Source: a phage
DNA: 64,000 nucleotides
Sequence record: PZ445554.1
Direction: 5' to 3' (one strand)
A program made the translations under genes and the position numbers. Shown here in pieces: positions 38,230 to 47,893 of the stretch (position 1 is its first letter; every line of letters begins with the position of its first letter). The notes beneath the pieces are model-generated. The model worked only from the letters and a program-made list of their open reading frames with translations, ran no database searches and was not told where the DNA came from.

Positions 38230-38600
38230 TTAATTTTCCTGCAATCACTCACAAACTCTTCCATTGATTCTTTTTCAATATAAGACATGTAGTTATTATA
38301 TTCTTTTAATTGTATTTTGTAATCTTTTTTTCTTTGCCAATTTATTTTAAAATTATCATAATGAAAATATAACATGGTACCAAAGAATGAAAATAATGAA
38401 ATCGCTATAGTATAATGAAGTTCACTCCAAACTTCTATTATATCTATTATACCGCTGACGTTACTACGGATGTTTAAAATAAAACAGTCAATTAACAATC
38501 CAATAAGACTACCTGCAAGAGCTGCAAATGCTGATACGGCAAGAATTAATAGTGCCTCTGGAAACGAATATTTAACTTTATTTAGTTTTGGCTTTTGCAT
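38226..38600 (-). CDS. Membrane protein, tandem paralog array member
   Basis: 124 aa; C-terminus EEFVSDCRKIK. Confidence 0.5.
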   Translation of the reverse strand: MQKPKLNKVKYSFPEALLILAVSAFAALAGSLIGLLIDCFILNIRSNVSGIIDIIEVWSELHYTIAISLFSFFGTMLYFHYDNFKINWQRKKDYKIQLKEYNNYMSYIEKESMEEFVSDCRKIK

Positions 38601-38995
38601 CGTGATTCCTTAACAAATTTCATAATTTCATCAAATTCATACGCAGCAAGTTTAAGCTGATGTTCCTTTTTAATCTTTTTACACTGAGCTTTCCATTCGC
38701 GTACGCGTTTACGATAATGTCTTCCTTGATACCAGTATCCTACCCAATTTACAGGTACTAATAAAAATGGAACTACTAATGGAAGAATTAATACTAACAG
38801 AAATACTGCGTCTGATTCAATATCAGTAGTAACATCTATAACTATTCCAATAATCATTAGGATTATAAATGATACAGCTGTCACAGGACCTACTAATACA
38901 TCAGTAGGAATTAGCTGGCGCTTTAATTCATACTTCAACGGTTTACTTGGAAGGTATAGTGATGGTTTTGACATATTCTCTACATTCCTTAACAA
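38582..38995 (-). CDS. Membrane protein, tandem paralog array member
   Basis: 137 aa; C-terminus MKFVKESRCKSQN. Confidence 0.5.
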   Translation of the reverse strand: MLRNVENMSKPSLYLPSKPLKYELKRQLIPTDVLVGPVTAVSFIILMIIGIVIDVTTDIESDAVFLLVLILPLVVPFLLVPVNWVGYWYQGRHYRKRVREWKAQCKKIKKEHQLKLAAYEFDEIMKFVKESRCKSQN

Positions 38996-39551
38996 ATTTT
39001 TCTAATAATAAATCGCTTTCAAAATTGGGATTTTCTACGAATTTATCAAAAAGATCATCAACAATAGTTAAGATATTCTTTTTACTAAGAATACGTTTAT
39101 TTTCATGCTTCGTTTCAGAATCAACTATAAGAGTAAAGAAATATTTCTTTCCCTGAAATTTTACCGTAGTATCAATATAAAATAAATTTGACTTTTGTAA
39201 ATTACGTTTAAACCATGCGTCGCTTAAACTATAAACACCGAGATAATCAAAATCGTCGTTTAAATAACATACGGTCCATTCAGGAGAAATGAAATCAGTA
39301 AATTCAACATCAAAATCGCATGTCAATGAATAAATTGATTCAATACTGTTAATAAGTATTCCAGGACGTATTAAAGACTTTTTACCTCTGGAAAATCTTC
39401 CAGAAAGACTTTCATCAGTTTCATATGAAGAACCCCAATAATAATTACGTCCTTCTGCCATACGTTTAAGAGCATTTAGCAATTGGTCTGGAACATCAAC
39501 CTGTCTTTGGAACTCTTCAAACATTGAATTGAAATCACTTTGCATTTTCAT
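38943..39551 (-). CDS. Hypothetical soluble protein sharing the C-terminal motif of the array
   Basis: 202 aa; C-terminal EKFVKECREYVK. Confidence 0.5.
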   Translation of the reverse strand: MKMQSDFNSMFEEFQRQVDVPDQLLNALKRMAEGRNYYWGSSYETDESLSGRFSRGKKSLIRPGILINSIESIYSLTCDFDVEFTDFISPEWTVCYLNDDFDYLGVYSLSDAWFKRNLQKSNLFYIDTTVKFQGKKYFFTLIVDSETKHENKRILSKKNILTIVDDLFDKFVENPNFESDLLLEKFVKECREYVKTITIPSK

Positions 39552-39571
39552 TCCTATTTACTCCAAGTAAT

Positions 39572-39587
39572 AGGGGCCGAAGCCCCT
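39572..39587 (-). terminator. Stem-loop (UUCG tetraloop)
   Basis: AGGGGC-UUCG-GCCCCU. Confidence 0.5.
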
Positions 39588-39592
39588 TATCA

Positions 39593-40186
39593 TTATTTCA
39601 GAGAATTAATATATTCCTGAACATCGGCAGAGGTAGTTTCAACCCCAGAAATATTACCATTAAAGGTTTCAACTCGAGCAAGAGTATCTTCAATATCAAC
39701 CTTAGTCAGTGCTGCAATTTCAACTACATCATCAGCAGTACTAATTCCAAGTGCATTCGCTGCACGAGTTTCACGGATATATTCCAATTTAACTGCAAGT
39801 TCTTGGCGAGCATCATCTAACTCAACTACTTTCTTGGCGATTTCAATTCGCATTTCAGCATACCCATCAGCTTTAGTAGTCAACTGCTCAGCTGTTCGAC
39901 GATATAGCAAGCCGAGTTTAGCATGCATTGTTACATCTTGACCTTCGGAAAGAAGCTTGCGAATTTCACGCTCTTTTGATTCAGCCTGTTTATTCTTTTC
40001 AACAATAAGTTCACGAATACGCTTTTCTTCATTAATAGATTTAACAGAAGCAGTTTTTAGATCTTTAATCTTATCAAGTAGTTTTGCTGCTGCAGCAGTA
40101 TACTGTTCTTCAACAGATAGATTTTTAGCCATAGCAGAACCAAGTTTAGTGCGAATAAACTCAACAATTTTCTTCAGTGTGTTCAT
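39593..40186 (-). CDS. Coiled-coil protein (PspA/IM30-like appearance)
   Basis: 197 aa, almost entirely heptad-repeat helix. Confidence 0.45.
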
Positions 40187-40229
40187 AGTATTTCCTTAGG
40201 TTAATTAAGATTTAAAATCCATGAGAGTA

Positions 40230-40406
40230 TTATACTCCGGATAGTTTGTAAACTATTTCAACATCGCCTTTTGCTGCTTTATAACCTTCAGCCCAAGATA
40301 CAACCGAGTTTTTATCTGAAGATTCAAATTCTGGCATTGGGCTTTCGCCAATGTTCACGCAGTATGTTTCTTCATTTTCGTCAAACCAAATAATTAAAGT
40401 AGTCAT
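40230..40406 (-). CDS. Small hypothetical protein (58 aa)
   Basis: Below track cut-off; ATG with GGAGA RBS. Confidence 0.4.
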   Translation of the reverse strand: MTTLIIWFDENEETYCVNIGESPMPEFESSDKNSVVSWAEGYKAAKGDVEIVYKLSGV

Positions 40407-40475
40407 TTATTTCTCCGTTTTCTGTATTTGTTTTGATAAGTCTATAATAACACCGTCCTTGGCGTTTGTACACAA

Positions 40476-40751
40476 TTATTTCATATTATTGAAATATTCT
40501 TCTGCAATTTCGTCGTTATCATGGTAAACTTTAGAAGACAGTTTAACATAACCTTCAGCAGTGAACATGTTAATCACAACCTTTACAGTATACCACTGAC
40601 CGTCTTCATTACCCATTACTGCATAAGTTTCAAACATCGGATGGTCAGGACCGATAACTTTAATATCATTCACCGTACGACCAAAATCTTCTGAAACACA
40701 TTTCATAAAGAAGTTGAACAGTTCACCGTAATTATCCATTTCATTCTCCAA
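40476..40751 (-). CDS. Hypothetical protein
   Basis: 91 aa ORF directly downstream of an early-promoter cassette. Confidence 0.55.
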   Translation of the reverse strand: MENEMDNYGELFNFFMKCVSEDFGRTVNDIKVIGPDHPMFETYAVMGNEDGQWYTVKVVINMFTAEGYVKLSSKVYHDNDEIAEEYFNNMK

Positions 40752-40782
40752 GTTGTTTTCTGTATCAGCAGTTGATAGTTGT

Positions 40783-40812
40783 ATAGTACCATGGAAGAAC
40801 AGGGATGTAAAC
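40783..40812 (-). promoter_or_regulatory. Early promoter cassette
   Basis: GTTTAC-N18-TACTAT with conserved downstream block. Confidence 0.6.
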
Positions 40813-40922
40813 AGTTTTGTGAAAAAATTTTTAAAAAGTTTTAGGGAATTCTAGGGTCAGGAGGGGCAATTAAAAGGTAGGATAATATATTATAAAGGGT
40901 ATAAACTAAATGATGCCTAGAG

Positions 40923-40938
40923 AGGCCCGAAAAGGCCT
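40923..40938 (-). terminator. Stem-loop, second of twin terminators
   Basis: AGGCC loop GGCCU. Confidence 0.45.
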
Positions 40939-40950
40939 AGATACCAAAAA

Positions 40951-40972
40951 GCCCCAACCTTTCGGTCGGGGC
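40951..40972 (-). terminator. Rho-independent terminator (GAAA tetraloop plus U-run)
   Basis: Minus strand GCCCCGACC-GAAA-GGUUGGGGC followed by UUUUUGG. Confidence 0.65.
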
Positions 40973-40979
40973 TAAGCCT

Positions 40980-41255
40980 TGCGGCAACCTTGTCGGGGTT
41001 CCACCTGCTAAGGCAAGTGTTTGTACGAAACGCCGGGACTTGAACCCGGTTATTAAGTAGTTGACGCTACTCAATATTTTTAAAAGGCCATATCTCGACC
41101 ATATCCGAACGTTCCGTCAAAAACGCTACTCGGCTTACGGCAAAGATATTTCCTCGAATCGATAATTCGGTGCGCCGTTTCTGCTGTGATGTAAGAGGGC
41201 ATCAATAAACGCAAAGATTATTAACGCAATTCCTTACTCAGGGAACATCAGTCCG
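40980..41255 (-). ncRNA. Putative small stable RNA region (tRNA-like T-arm motif), ending at twin terminators
   Basis: No convincing ORF; GGTTCAAGTCCCGG T-arm-like element on the minus strand; two consecutive hairpins follow; position next to the tRNA cluster. Confidence 0.3.
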
Positions 41256-41260
41256 ACGAC

Positions 41261-41815
41261 TTACCGGTAGCGACCCGGTTTCTCATTTGGTATTTCAAAT
41301 TGTGTAGATTTAGTATCTAATTTTTTAACTATGGAACTTATGTCATGAAAGAAAAACCATTCACCATTTATATGGTCCTGATTATAAATGCTGTGCATAT
41401 ATTTTTCAAGTTCTACTGCATCCTGGGAATATCTAAATGATACTATTTTAAAACTTTTAAACGGTGAAAATGTATTTGCTGTTATAACTCTAACATCAGG
41501 TTCTATACTTCTTCCTATTTTATAATAATTAGGATTTGTAGTATCTACCATTATGTATACGAAAGCCTGTCGATAGCTTTTTTCTATATCAAATTCATCT
41601 TTAAATTTCAAAAGATTTAGGGCGGCAGTCCTACAAAATACTTTCCATTTTGACAAGCGTTTGGCTTTAGTCATAGAAAAGAATTTTTTCTTATCTGTTA
41701 TTTTAAGAAAAGCAACATTTTCAATTAGTTCTTGTGTTATTTCAAAATTACCATGGTATATTAATCCAGCTTTTATAGCCAAATTAATTTGGTCCCAGTC
41801 TACATCACTTCTCAT
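41261..41815 (-). CDS. T5orf172-type (GIY-YIG-like fold) domain protein inside the tRNA cluster
   Basis: 184 aa; FVYIMVDTTNPNYYKIGRS...R...ELEKYMHSIYNQDHINGEWFFF matches the T5orf172/MUG113 domain pattern as I recall it. Confidence 0.55.
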   Translation of the reverse strand: MRSDVDWDQINLAIKAGLIYHGNFEITQELIENVAFLKITDKKKFFSMTKAKRLSKWKVFCRTAALNLLKFKDEFDIEKSYRQAFVYIMVDTTNPNYYKIGRSIEPDVRVITANTFSPFKSFKIVSFRYSQDAVELEKYMHSIYNQDHINGEWFFFHDISSIVKKLDTKSTQFEIPNEKPGRYR

Positions 41816-41836
41816 AATATTATTCTCTCAATAATT

Positions 41837-41913
41837 TGGCCAGGGTGAAAGGATTCTAACCTTTAACCTGCGGTTTAGAGGACCGCTACTCTATACAATT
41901 GAGTTACACCCCG
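41837..41913 (-). tRNA. tRNA-Arg (anticodon UCU)
   Basis: Clean cloverleaf on minus strand, anticodon loop CCUCUAA, encoded CCA. Confidence 0.8.
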
Positions 41914-42039
41914 TAATTAGTTCACAGCAATACCTACTCCAACAATCAAGATGTCTTCACACGAAATTAAGAGAAGAGTGATCAGTTCAACCCCTATAAT
42001 CGCGTCAAGTAGATATTAATGTGACAACTGTCACAAGTT

Positions 42040-42114
42040 TGGCGGACGTGATAGGATTCGAACCTATAACCAATCGCTTAACAGGCGATCGCTCTGCCAT
42101 TGAGCTACACATCC
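42040..42114 (-). tRNA. tRNA-Asn (anticodon GUU)
   Basis: Cloverleaf GGAUGUG...GUCCGCCA, anticodon loop CUGUUAA, T-loop UUCGAAU. Confidence 0.75.
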
Positions 42115-42118
42115 AAAT

Positions 42119-42205
42119 TGGTGGGGAGTGGTGGAGTCGAACCACCCGAGTCGCAATGACAATGAATTTACAGTCCACACCGCTACCTCTACGGGATAAC
42201 TCCCC
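42119..42205 (-). tRNA. tRNA-Tyr (anticodon GUA), long variable arm
   Basis: Type II tRNA, anticodon loop CUGUAAA, overall layout like bacterial tRNA-Tyr. Confidence 0.7.
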
Positions 42206-42218
42206 CTAATTCGTAATT

Positions 42219-42293
42219 TGGTGACCCTGGGTGGAATTGAACCACCATCTGGCGATTATGAGTCGCTTGCTTGAACCTTCCAGCTACAGGGCC
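42219..42293 (-). tRNA. tRNA with anticodon CAU (Ile2 or Met)
   Basis: Acceptor GGCCCUG/CAGGGUC, anticodon loop CUCAUAA, encoded CCA. Confidence 0.6.
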
Positions 42294-42294
42294 T

Positions 42295-42370
42295 TGGTGC
42301 TGATTGACGGAATCGAACCGCCGACGTCCTCATTACAAGTGAGGTGCTCTACCTACTGAGCTAAATCAGC
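42295..42370 (-). tRNA. tRNA-Thr (anticodon UGU)
   Basis: Acceptor GCUGAUU/AAUCAGC, anticodon loop CUUGUAA. Confidence 0.8.
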
Positions 42371-42375
42371 AAAAC

Positions 42376-42465
42376 TGGCGGAGGCGATAGGATTTGAACC
42401 TATGAGTCGCCGGAGCGACTGCCGGTTTTCAAGACCGGTGCATTAAACCACTCTGCCACGCCTCC
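42376..42465 (-). tRNA. tRNA-Ser (anticodon UGA), long variable arm
   Basis: Acceptor GGAGGCG/CGCCUCC, anticodon loop CUUGAAA, 17-nt variable arm. Confidence 0.8.
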
Positions 42466-42467
42466 AG

Positions 42468-42541
42468 TCTCCGTGGCAGGATTTGAACCTACGACATTCT
42501 GCTCCCAAAGCAGACGCTCTACCAAACTGAGCTACACGGAG
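42468..42541 (-). tRNA. tRNA-Pro (anticodon UGG), CCA not encoded
   Basis: Acceptor CUCCGUG/CACGGAG, anticodon loop UUUGGGA. Confidence 0.75.
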
Positions 42542-42551
42542 TAAATTAAAT

Positions 42552-42625
<74 letters not shown>

Positions 42626-42630
42626 AAATT

Positions 42631-42717
42631 TGGTGCGAGAAGTGGGACTCGAACCCACAAGGAAATCATTCCGCAGCATTTTAAGTGCTGTGCCTTTACC
42701 AATTTGACCATTCTCGC
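42631..42717 (-). tRNA. tRNA-Leu (anticodon UAA), long variable arm
   Basis: Acceptor GCGAGAA/UUCUCGC, anticodon loop CUUAAAA. Confidence 0.8.
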
Positions 42718-42718
42718 G

Positions 42719-42791
42719 CTGGGAATAAAGGACTCGAACCTTTGCATCCTGGAATCAAAATCCAGTGCCTTACCAACTTGGCTAATTCCCA
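42719..42791 (-). tRNA. tRNA-Gln (anticodon UUG), CCA not encoded
   Basis: Acceptor UGGGAAU/AUUCCCA, anticodon loop UUUUGAU; abuts tRNA-Leu. Confidence 0.75.
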
Positions 42792-42860
42792 ATTATTAAC
42801 AAAGGCTCTCTAACAAGAACCCTTGATGATAGAGGGTATTAATCAGTGCGGTATGAGTTA

Positions 42861-42885
42861 ATAATAACAAATAATTCTTAAAGCA
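42861..42885 (-). promoter_or_regulatory. Middle promoter upstream of the tRNA cluster
   Basis: Minus strand TATGCTTTA, 12-nt spacer, TATTAT; about 60 nt upstream of tRNA-Gln. Confidence 0.45.
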
Positions 42886-42888
42886 TAT

Positions 42889-43176
42889 TTACCATTTATG
42901 CTGATACATATTTACGATGCATTCAAGACCCAAAGGATTCTTGAAAATATCATATTCAAGAGGACCTTTTTCTGTTTCAATAAAGAAATCAAAATTTACT
43001 GTGTTAAATTTACGGTCTTCCTTCACTAATTTAACTTGAGAAGATGAACGGTCAACATAAACCTTTTCAACTTCAAAACATGTTAAAATGCCATAATCAT
43101 CAATCAAGGCTTTAGCTGCTTCTTGATCATATTTATATCCATTTTCAATGGATGATACTTTAGCATAAAGAATCAT
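42889..43176 (-). CDS. Hypothetical protein
   Basis: 95 aa ORF upstream of the tRNA cluster. Confidence 0.5.
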   Translation of the reverse strand: MILYAKVSSIENGYKYDQEAAKALIDDYGILTCFEVEKVYVDRSSSQVKLVKEDRKFNTVNFDFFIETEKGPLEYDIFKNPLGLECIVNMYQHKW

Positions 43177-43213
43177 TATCAGCCTCTATCAACGATAGTA
43201 TGAGTATGGGCAT

Positions 43214-43588
43214 TTACGATTTGCCACCAATCAAAGCGATTGGAACCATAATCCGGTTTATTTCATTTTCTTTAATGATATCACGTAGTTTATCTTCTGT
43301 TTCAGCATACGCAATTAAATCATCATATCCACCACAAGGATAATAATTATCACCTGCAAATAAAAGAAAATTTACCTTAGATGGATTTACGTAATAATGG
43401 TCTTTAGGATATTTAGTTCCTCTCCAATCAGTTACTTCAACATAACGGTAAGAAAATCCATTTTTACTTTCAATCCAACTCCACGCTTCAAAAGGAGTAT
43501 TAAAAACTTTATCAGGTATTAAATTACCTTCAAAATGAGAAGGATTTGCATAATCCCCAGCATAAACATAATATTCGTTAATACTCAT
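43214..43588 (-). CDS. Hypothetical protein
   Basis: 124 aa ORF. Confidence 0.5.
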   Translation of the reverse strand: MSINEYYVYAGDYANPSHFEGNLIPDKVFNTPFEAWSWIESKNGFSYRYVEVTDWRGTKYPKDHYYVNPSKVNFLLFAGDNYYPCGGYDDLIAYAETEDKLRDIIKENEINRIMVPIALIGGKS

Positions 43589-43774
43589 TTATTCACCTTT
43601 AGAAATTTTATCCATAACAATAGCAATTAAACCAATTAAAAATGCTACTACAAGTGAAAACACATTTTCTGCTGTAGTCAATAATCCACATATAAATCCA
43701 ACAAACATTGAAAAACTAAAAGCGGAAGCAGAAATTGCAATAGCAACATTTCGAATTAATTCACAACGTTTCAT
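43589..43774 (-). CDS. Small membrane protein
   Basis: 61 aa, two hydrophobic helices; early promoter upstream. Confidence 0.5.
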   Translation of the reverse strand: MKRCELIRNVAIAISASAFSFSMFVGFICGLLTTAENVFSLVVAFLIGLIAIVMDKISKGE

Positions 43775-43802
43775 TTTATTCTCCTCAGTAGTAGATAGGG
43801 TA

Positions 43803-43832
43803 ATAGTATCACTACCCTATCTAAAAGTAAAC
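43803..43832 (-). promoter_or_regulatory. Early promoter cassette
   Basis: GTTTAC-N18-TACTAT (TGATACTAT). Confidence 0.55.
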
Positions 43833-44066
43833 TTATTTTTTACGAAAAATTGATTTATTTTCTGCTGCCCATTTTTCAATAACTGCAGCAGGACCAGTAA
43901 CAACAATTTTATCACCGTAATCTTCTGCGGCGAGTTGACCGAAATTATCTAATGCATCACGAAGAACTCCATGAGGCATTTCACCCATTTTATCTTTCTT
44001 GCCAGTGTAAATAAACTCAACTTTTACATCAGCAGTTTCAGCAATAAATTCTTGGTAAGTTTTCAT
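43833..44066 (-). CDS. Internal protein I-like (capsid targeting sequence)
   Basis: Met MKTYQEFIAE leader; position matches T4 ipI. Confidence 0.6.
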   Translation of the reverse strand: MKTYQEFIAETADVKVEFIYTGKKDKMGEMPHGVLRDALDNFGQLAAEDYGDKIVVTGPAAVIEKWAAENKSIFRKK

Positions 44067-44100
44067 TTTGATTTCCATTTGGTTTTGTTTTGATAGGGTA

Positions 44101-44130
44101 ATAGTATCACAACTAAAACCCTATGTAAAC
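44101..44130 (-). promoter_or_regulatory. Early promoter upstream of IPI-like gene
   Basis: GTTTAC-N18-TACTAT. Confidence 0.55.
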
Positions 44131-44142
44131 AACTTTGTGAAA

Positions 44143-44400
44143 TTATTTTAAATCTTCTAATCGTTTCTTCATCTTAGAACCGTTCTTAGCGATTTCGCCT
44201 GCATCAGAGCATAATGCTAAAAGCGCTTTAACTTTAGTTTGATCTCCTTTAAAAGATGAAGGATCAACAGCAGCAGCAAGTTCTTTAATACGAGAGAAAA
44301 GGCGCTCAGCTTCAGCTAAAGCCATTCCAAGCTTTACTTCCATACCGTGGGAAGATTCAGTAATAGTAGTTTTTGTAGCAAACTCTTTGAAAGTTTTCAT
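44143..44400 (-). CDS. Internal-protein-like small protein (CTS-like leader)
   Basis: 85 aa; N-terminus MKTFKEFATK resembles the internal-protein targeting leader. Confidence 0.5.
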   Translation of the reverse strand: MKTFKEFATKTTITESSHGMEVKLGMALAEAERLFSRIKELAAAVDPSSFKGDQTKVKALLALCSDAGEIAKNGSKMKKRLEDLK

Positions 44401-44430
44401 TTTATTTTCCTAATTAATTTTGATGAGATA

Positions 44431-44460
44431 ATAGTATCACTACCTCATCAGTATGTAAAC
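44431..44460 (-). promoter_or_regulatory. Early promoter upstream of IP-like gene
   Basis: GTTTAC-N18-TACTAT. Confidence 0.55.
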
Positions 44461-44472
44461 AACTTTGTGAAA

Positions 44473-45157
<685 letters not shown>

Positions 45158-45158
<1 letters not shown>

Positions 45159-45883
45159 TATAGTACCTTTAGTGTATTTTTAATTTTAGAAAAAAGTTCT
45201 TCAAGAGAACCATCGTTTGTAATTACTAAATCGCCATCACGAATTGGCAATCCAGCTTCTGTAATATGTGTATCATTGGATTTTTGACCAGGACGAACTA
45301 CATGAATTACTGTAGCACCCATCGCCCTAGCCGCATCCATTTCATGATCTTGACGGGTATCAGGAACGATATAATAATCATAACCTGAGTTAAATTTATC
45401 AAGATAATCTAAAGCAAATAATTTTACCCAGTACATGCGGTCGAAGTTATTAACAATCAAATCCGTACCTAGGGCTTGCATCAGACGACGGACTGACCAT
45501 TGATCTTCAATATTATTTATAACGTCAATAATCTTGTTAAATGCTACGGAATTAACTGATTCTTGTCCTTCGTCATCAAAAACAAACACACCTTTAATTG
45601 GGCTTTTACCATTAAGATAGCAAAATGCTTGTTCCATAATCGTGATTACTTCTAATTTAGTCAGATTTAAATTAGTCTCACGATCATAGTCAATTCCTTC
45701 AAACTCTTTACGAGTTAAGCAAGGATAGTCAGTGTTTGCTGCAAATACTCCCCATGCATAAGCCAATGCATCCTTAATAGGACCGGCAAGTTGGTATTTA
45801 ACTGCAGAATAATTGCTCATGATAAAATCAGCAGTAGTATCTTTTCCACTACGCTTTACACCGCTTAAAAAGATTAGTTTCAT
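45158..45883 (-). CDS. 1: Deoxynucleoside monophosphate kinase
   Basis: 241 aa from Met MKLIFLSGVKRSGKDT (P-loop); track ORF has a 13-codon extension. Confidence 0.88.
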
Positions 45884-45932
45884 GTGTTTCTCCTCAAATT
45901 TAATTAAGATTATAACACACAAAACTGAAGCA

Positions 45933-46463
45933 TTAAACTTCTGCTATAATTTTACCATCTTTTTCTACTTGAAAATACGTATAAGGAATCGTAGCTGTAC
46001 ATACTAAAGCCGGGTCTGAATCTTCTGTGTAGCTAAATTCTACTTCAGATAGGTCAGAAACCCAAGGCTTATAAAAATTTATTGACATCACGATTTCAGT
46101 TTTGCTATTATCTAAGATGTAAAGCGTAATGTACTCAGGACCTGTTTTTTGAGCAGTATTTTCACCTGTAAGATAGTTGCTAGTTCCTAGCATCCATTCA
46201 TACATTCCTATCCATGACTTAAGTTCTTCATCAACTATAAATCTCACAATGAGTGGATCATACTCAAATGTAACACCTGGACGTTGTGCTCGACCCAGGC
46301 CAAATGGCCCAGTCACGGTATCAGTAACAGGTATTCTAATTCCTGGAATAGGAACTGACTGAGCATTTAAAGTAAAAGCAGATGTAGTATTACTATGTGG
46401 TATTGATACTACAAAGTTAGTTGTATTTGCTTGGTTAAAAATTTGTTGCAGAGCTTGCGACAT
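45933..46463 (-). CDS. 3: Tail completion / sheath stabiliser gp3
   Basis: 176 aa from Met MSQALQQIFNQ; track ORF starts at an upstream non-ATG codon. Confidence 0.8.
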   Translation of the reverse strand: MSQALQQIFNQANTTNFVVSIPHSNTTSAFTLNAQSVPIPGIRIPVTDTVTGPFGLGRAQRPGVTFEYDPLIVRFIVDEELKSWIGMYEWMLGTSNYLTGENTAQKTGPEYITLYILDNSKTEIVMSINFYKPWVSDLSEVEFSYTEDSDPALVCTATIPYTYFQVEKDGKIIAEV

Positions 46464-46569
46464 ATATTCCTCATAATGCTTTATAACTGTTGGTGGTATA
46501 ATGGGTCTAAGTCCCTTCCATTCAATTCCATTTAGAACAAACAACAGAAAAGAATGGAAGATAATAGAA

Positions 46570-47394
46570 TTAGATATTTGACCAGACTTTGTTTGCAGAG
46601 AAACGTTTTCCTTTTGAAACGAACTGCTGAAGTGGCATTAACACAACGTTCGCCCAGTCTTTCGGGGCGATTTCAACAAGGCTACCCATAACATTACCAG
46701 GTATATATGCCTTAATCATTTGGTCTGCACCCCTAAATCCTTTCACTTGACTCCAATCAATTTTTAATTTCGTTTTATTAGTAATAGTCGGTGTATTTGC
46801 ATATTGCTTTAAAAGCTCTTCTAGGAATTGCTGGCGAGCTTTAGGTGGAATATAGTGCAAGTTCAATCCGTACATTAAATTATGCTTACCTAAACCAAGG
46901 TAAATTATTAAAGGAAATTTATCCCAGTAAGGAAGAGTTTCCTTGTGTTTAGCATCATAAGCAAAAGCATATATTCGTCCCGGCTGCGGGCGAACAACTT
47001 TATGTCCTTTTACTTGCTTAATAGTTTCAGCAAACCACTTTCTGGTTTTATTATTAATTGCTGCACCTTCATTACGAATTTTATCACGCAATGTTTGTCT
47101 GAATGAATTTATCATAAGCAGTTGTCTTTCTTGCTTATTGAGTTTATTCATTGGTTTTGATTCAAGCTTTTGAATCTTTTCAGCCGTTTTAATTCCTGAA
47201 GCATATTTTGACATTGCCGAAGTAAACGTAGAGTATTTGATTCCTCTTTCTTCAGCAAATTGCTTTCCTGTCATTCCTTTTGCTTTGGCCTTTTTATATT
47301 CAAGACCTATCTGAATCCATTTCTTTTCGTTTAATGATTGCTTAACCTTTGGAACTTGGGGAGTGCTTTCATTAATTATTTGAAAAATAGCCAT
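46570..47394 (-). CDS. 2: DNA end protector protein gp2
   Basis: 274 aa, basic; same size and position as T4 gp2. Confidence 0.8.
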   Translation of the reverse strand: MAIFQIINESTPQVPKVKQSLNEKKWIQIGLEYKKAKAKGMTGKQFAEERGIKYSTFTSAMSKYASGIKTAEKIQKLESKPMNKLNKQERQLLMINSFRQTLRDKIRNEGAAINNKTRKWFAETIKQVKGHKVVRPQPGRIYAFAYDAKHKETLPYWDKFPLIIYLGLGKHNLMYGLNLHYIPPKARQQFLEELLKQYANTPTITNKTKLKIDWSQVKGFRGADQMIKAYIPGNVMGSLVEIAPKDWANVVLMPLQQFVSKGKRFSANKVWSNI

Positions 47395-47846
47395 TATGCC
47401 CCCTTAAAGCCAAGAGCTCGTAATCCATCTTCTGTTAGAATTCTAAATTTTATTCCACGCTTTTCAGCTAAAGATTGTGCTGCTTTCCATTTGTCGGTAT
47501 TAACAGACCAGGTATAAATTTCATTCATAAATCTTTTCTTCGCTGCGGTTGTTAGATGTGCTGGTTTAACCGGTGGTTGTGTTTCTTTTTTAGGTTTTAT
47601 TTCAATAAAAAATTCTTGTCCAGAAGAATCTTTCATCCAAATATCCATGAAGTATCTACGTTTTTTTCCTTCTGCATTACAAAAATAAGGAATTACTGCT
47701 GTTTCACTACCCCATGCAATAATTTCTGGATTTTTATCTAACCATTCAAAAAAGAATTTTTCCCAATTTGATCTATACGTAATTTTTTTAGGGTCACCTC
47801 TATACTTTGATATATTTTTAGGAACCCATTTTCCAGAATATGCCAT
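47394..47846 (-). CDS. 4: Head completion protein gp4
   Basis: 150 aa; late promoter and AAGGAG RBS upstream. Confidence 0.8.
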   Translation of the reverse strand: MAYSGKWVPKNISKYRGDPKKITYRSNWEKFFFEWLDKNPEIIAWGSETAVIPYFCNAEGKKRRYFMDIWMKDSSGQEFFIEIKPKKETQPPVKPAHLTTAAKKRFMNEIYTWSVNTDKWKAAQSLAEKRGIKFRILTEDGLRALGFKGA

Positions 47847-47857
47847 TGGATTCTCCT

Positions 47858-47865
47858 TATAAATA
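47858..47865 (+). promoter_or_regulatory. Late promoter (TATAAATA) for gene 53
   Basis: Plus strand TATAAATA about 29 nt upstream of the gene 53 ATG. Confidence 0.6.
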
Positions 47866-47872
47866 GATAATA

Positions 47873-47880
47873 TATTTATA
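47873..47880 (-). promoter_or_regulatory. Late promoter (TATAAATA) for gene 4
   Basis: Minus strand TATAAATA about 27 nt upstream of the gene 4 ATG; divergent from the gene 53 promoter. Confidence 0.55.
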
Positions 47881-47893
47881 AACAGGAGGGCCC

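Noticed and set aside
40248-40253. GTTTAC hexamer inside the 58-aa ORF 40230-40406
   Set aside because: No properly spaced -10 element (TATAAT lies only 13 nt away); not counted as a promoter.
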